This document shows, one piece after another, positions 60,101 through 62,700 of a stretch of DNA of 62,700 nucleotides (its first letter is position 1; each line of letters begins with the position of its first letter). The stretch covers positions 1 to 62,700 of the forward strand of contig JAUCBJ010007935.1 in assembly GCA_032718475.1 (NCBI GenBank), given 5' to 3'. Under the pieces are notes generated by a model. That model ran no database searches and had not been told where the DNA came from. It worked only from the letters and a program-made list of their open reading frames with translations. The stretch comes from Nemertoderma westbladi. Its lineage: Eukaryota; Animalia; Xenacoelomorpha. Made by a program: the position numbers and the translations under genes.

Positions 60101-62571
60101 TGAGGATTGTTTTCATGATTTGGTAAAGATGTTTTACTGGGATGTAAAGTTGTTGTTGTTTTACCGCTGCTGCTACATTCATAAGTAGATTCTAATTGTT
60201 TCACATATTTGAGTTTTCTAAAATCACTAAAACTTGTGTTAGTTCCAATATTTACATCAAACTGACCCAAGTGGATTTTTGGTTTACTTAAAAGGTAAGA
60301 TTCTTTAGTGTCTTTCTTTGGTTTTCGATTGCTTTTTTTACTTAATGAGTATATATTAGAAACCTTAATAGGTTCCGCTTCATTCGAACAACTGGTTGTT
60401 TGGTTAGTTGTACAGTTGCTTGAAGTACTAACAATTTCACTATAATACCTATATTTTTCAGATGATTCCAGATAGCTGGTTGTTGGTAATGTATTCATAT
60501 TTTCAGAATGTTCGAGACAAGCAACTGATGGCATTTCTATTCCATATGAATCAACATCGTTTGCAATAAATTCATCTTCCACTATGATTTTTTTTATTAC
60601 GCTCATGCTGTCAATTTTGCAATCAATAGGATTACCAATTGAATTCCCTTTATATCCATTAGTATCGCATTCTGTGTCATTAGAAGAAATGTCGATCAAA
60701 TCCCCCATCACACTTGGATCGATCACATACTTACCATTATTGCCACTACAAACCATAGATGTGGTGTCATCACCAACATTTGCTGAATCATTTGATGAAA
60801 CGATATCCAATAAAGTTTCCATTTCTCTGGAATTTATCGAAAAGTTGTTCTCAGCATTGTTATCATCACTAGTACTGTCCTCTTCTGCATGTTTGGAGTA
60901 AGATGTGAGCTGATTTATAGCTCTCTGTATTTCATCCCATTCAGTATCAGAGTCAATATTATCACTTTTGCAGATTTCAGGTGTTACACATACATTTGGG
61001 CATAAATTTGCCGTAGATGTTATATCCCCAACACCAATTCTACTAGTAGTATTGGCTTTAGAACCCAATGATATTTGCTGTGATGATGATGAGCCCTCTT
61101 TTGCCGTAAAGTAATTATTATCAGCATTTTTGTTGCAATTACCCATATGGTTTGTTTGCTTTCCTTGGTTCACTTTATTTTTATTCTTGAGTTGTTTTTT
61201 ATGCTGTAATTTGTAGTTTTTTTGTTCCACTTTCCTTAAAGGCAAAGTTTGATTATGCTGTAGTTTTTGAAGATCATCTGTTTTATGGGATTTAATCATA
61301 AAATTACTGTTTAATTCTGGCGTCAAAGTTTTTATTTCTCTTGTATTTTCTTTATGGTATTTGACAGGATTAGAAATTGATTTGCTTTTCTGCATATTTT
61401 TTCTTAATGTCATTATTCGCCGGAATTTTTTCTGAATATTATTCTTTCTATCATAGTCTGTAGTAAGTAACTGCATTGGAATATTTGTTGTTGTTATTTC
61501 TTTGTCTTTCGATGGAGGAACATTTGTCTGTTGCTTATGTAGTGGATGAACATATGGTCCGGGATCAGTGGCCATTTGATTATCTAAGATTTCTTTCTTA
61601 CTACGACGACTTGCAAACACATTTAGCTTTGCCTTTGGCAATACCTTCAAGGAATTGTTGTTATTCGAAAACTCTGAAGTTTTCTGTACTTTATCAAGCC
61701 TTATGTTATCTGTATTTGTAGTGGGTTTTGAAACTTCTTTACCAGAGAATAAAGTAACAAGCTTATTATTTATAGGCAGCCTAGTAAGCACGGGTCCCAG
61801 TAACATGTTCTCCTTCGCCAAACCCATTGTTTCAAAGGTTTCAATCTTAGCAGAATCTCGCAAAATACTTGCCTTTTCATCATCTTGAACATGATCATGC
61901 GCATGCCCGCTTGTAATATTGTGGGGACTACACTGAATAAATGAAGACAACTTTGTCGATTTTCCAATATGCCATTTCTTTTTGGGCTTCGGCGTTTGGG
62001 TACTGGATTCGTCATTAGCGACAGAGATGCCATTGTCACCACGAGTTTCATCGTGGATGTCCTCAATATTTCTAGAATGCATTGACTCCGATTTTCGATC
62101 GTTGTTTTGCCTAGATTGATGGCTTCTATATGATCGTAATGCGTTGTCATCTTCAGTATCCTCATTTTCGTCAGTGTAAAATGTTGTATCAGATTGAAAA
62201 TTCTCCATTGACGTTTCACCATCTGAATGGTCTGAGTTATATGAATCGCTTGTATTGTTATCATGTCGCCCATGTTCAATCGTTTGCGCATTAAATAATT
62301 CTATTCCTTTGTGACACAGAGAGCTTTCTTGAATTTTTAGTTTTCCTGTTTTATTACTACTTTTTCCCAAGTATTTACTAATGTATAACGACTTCACTTT
62401 CTGTAATTTTGCTCGCTTATGTAAGTATTCAGGAGCTCCGATATCACAATCACTGCCCCGTGATTGTTCGACATGGTATTCCTCTTGGGTTCCCAATTGA
62501 TTCCTAGTATAATCTCCTCCACTGTCTTCTGAACTGCCATCGCTATTAAGTTCATCATATTGACCATTCAT
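57199..62571 (-). CDS. Uncharacterised 1790-aa low-complexity (N/S/T/K-rich; Q/P-rich C-terminal) protein; possibly the large last exon of a longer gene
   Basis: 5.4-kb stop-free frame in AT-rich DNA is far beyond chance. No domain recognised. A possible phase-0 acceptor TTTAACAG| lies 36 nt upstream of the ATG. Confidence 0.75.
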   Translation of the reverse strand: MNGQYDELNSDGSSEDSGGDYTRNQLGTQEEYHVEQSRGSDCDIGAPEYLHKRAKLQKVKSLYISKYLGKSSNKTGKLKIQESSLCHKGIELFNAQTIEHGRHDNNTSDSYNSDHSDGETSMENFQSDTTFYTDENEDTEDDNALRSYRSHQSRQNNDRKSESMHSRNIEDIHDETRGDNGISVANDESSTQTPKPKKKWHIGKSTKLSSFIQCSPHNITSGHAHDHVQDDEKASILRDSAKIETFETMGLAKENMLLGPVLTRLPINNKLVTLFSGKEVSKPTTNTDNIRLDKVQKTSEFSNNNNSLKVLPKAKLNVFASRRSKKEILDNQMATDPGPYVHPLHKQQTNVPPSKDKEITTTNIPMQLLTTDYDRKNNIQKKFRRIMTLRKNMQKSKSISNPVKYHKENTREIKTLTPELNSNFMIKSHKTDDLQKLQHNQTLPLRKVEQKNYKLQHKKQLKNKNKVNQGKQTNHMGNCNKNADNNYFTAKEGSSSSQQISLGSKANTTSRIGVGDITSTANLCPNVCVTPEICKSDNIDSDTEWDEIQRAINQLTSYSKHAEEDSTSDDNNAENNFSINSREMETLLDIVSSNDSANVGDDTTSMVCSGNNGKYVIDPSVMGDLIDISSNDTECDTNGYKGNSIGNPIDCKIDSMSVIKKIIVEDEFIANDVDSYGIEMPSVACLEHSENMNTLPTTSYLESSEKYRYYSEIVSTSSNCTTNQTTSCSNEAEPIKVSNIYSLSKKSNRKPKKDTKESYLLSKPKIHLGQFDVNIGTNTSFSDFRKLKYVKQLESTYECSSSGKTTTTLHPSKTSLPNHENNPQMSLQTMALNMKSKWPFVSEDANKNSMCKAVTSDNYVEINNPEYMSVDPIENDLHKTLSTFQMAGSITDISSPGVKGNESTTARDSLITGSKNCIDQSKERYKHDTENSIEANTNADESVSKSLEISTCLPTLCENGTEGFKKMGQLVDARGAHDIAKNSQSSDPDRRNMIVSNVTKSFQMVKQKPYDYLNIPLDVSKYTGVTPTDAIPQTITAYDEISTSMQFSNTNPVTSLINSLNGKCISNPMPSKSDCIDDVIPLHRSDNFAKNDPLTAFGFNSFGENMQTLNDAPNIRKTNVGKIQSISQRPKLKKPCKLKKRKLNIPTMPISSGSNYSRPILNNETYKTMYGATNCLDTNMEPFMPIHMPQIQPIPAKCNNINNINSFPIVTNDSSLRMCYEKNHPNPYDAQHRTTLNQNDICLQQYSQDCQQILNNIDNNQTSYQPMVRNGSHVPAQRPPMFGMQFRPPDKRNEFYPNSNFQSQQIMYGSPGAGIPYPRLPIFYQQSSYLPQSWPLHPQHQIQPNVLHHEQFLNHTPIQSFGQFGPNDQFMSMQPVTAAAQDKYIMNNNNYFNDYSLNDNFHCKTFSSNLNPMIPQLDQSSRTLNQMCNPPINNNLRNYRIRPQQKQEIYHPPNCECSPLLNLNGLPSNRNELIKKRKLPIEDPLFVKSNQPNQLVKYQTGHVITSQPCFVPMVTTPEKIIRDSYAINDNKLINASNINDGNLYNTNEFPVQTNFNLPAHLSQPYDISKMDTNTGHISNPKGIQGIPTSSHPKDYQTLTETQWSSLLRSKNIIDRQYKSYPANSNTNNMHQGVPNLSGQFSNINTSNTVNKPPYLTNRTIKPMTLDCPTQVMNMEGNVVNHLPNTLPSHWNKTSERKQLGEHVNSFLNNFNKQSSTIGQGNELYKQSFSRETDIHRREEQRVADNMNFISGNKEDGVYSIQIDTNSLDKAKHGHSVKIGNYLIDIKEAAD

Positions 62572-62700
62572 CGTTTTGAAAGTATTATTCCTTGTGCCGT
62601 TGGTATTCTGTTAAATATATTTGTGGAAAACCTAAAAAATTACACCAAATTATAGAATTATTATTGTTTATATTTCTATTTCAGATAAGGGGGGGGGGGG

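Overview
AT-rich eukaryotic (invertebrate animal-like) genomic DNA with three host genes: an intronless UTP18 (12795-14279,+), a 3-exon TMC channel gene (42653-50123,+) and a 1790-aa low-complexity ORF of unknown function (57199-62571,-). A ~13.3-kb 40-bp satellite spans 15616-28958. The rest is densely nested mobile DNA: two internally deleted BEL/Pao LTR retrotransposons with 5-bp TSDs (4057-12128,- and 32757-39977,+), several RTE LINE copies from two families, a Penelope-like remnant split by two later insertions, MITEs, a DINE-1/HINE-like element and a tRNA-headed SINE. The most unusual observation is an extra, now disrupted ~830-codon ORF in the second BEL/Pao element, between integrase and the 3' LTR. 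It has DEDDy (WRN/RNase D-like) 3'-5' exonuclease motifs fused to CCHC zinc knuckles. The same element's LTRs carry an array of a conserved bulged GAAA hairpin, one copy of which also lies inside that ORF. Three hammerhead-ribozyme-like motifs are present. All calls come from manual motif reading; no searches were run.
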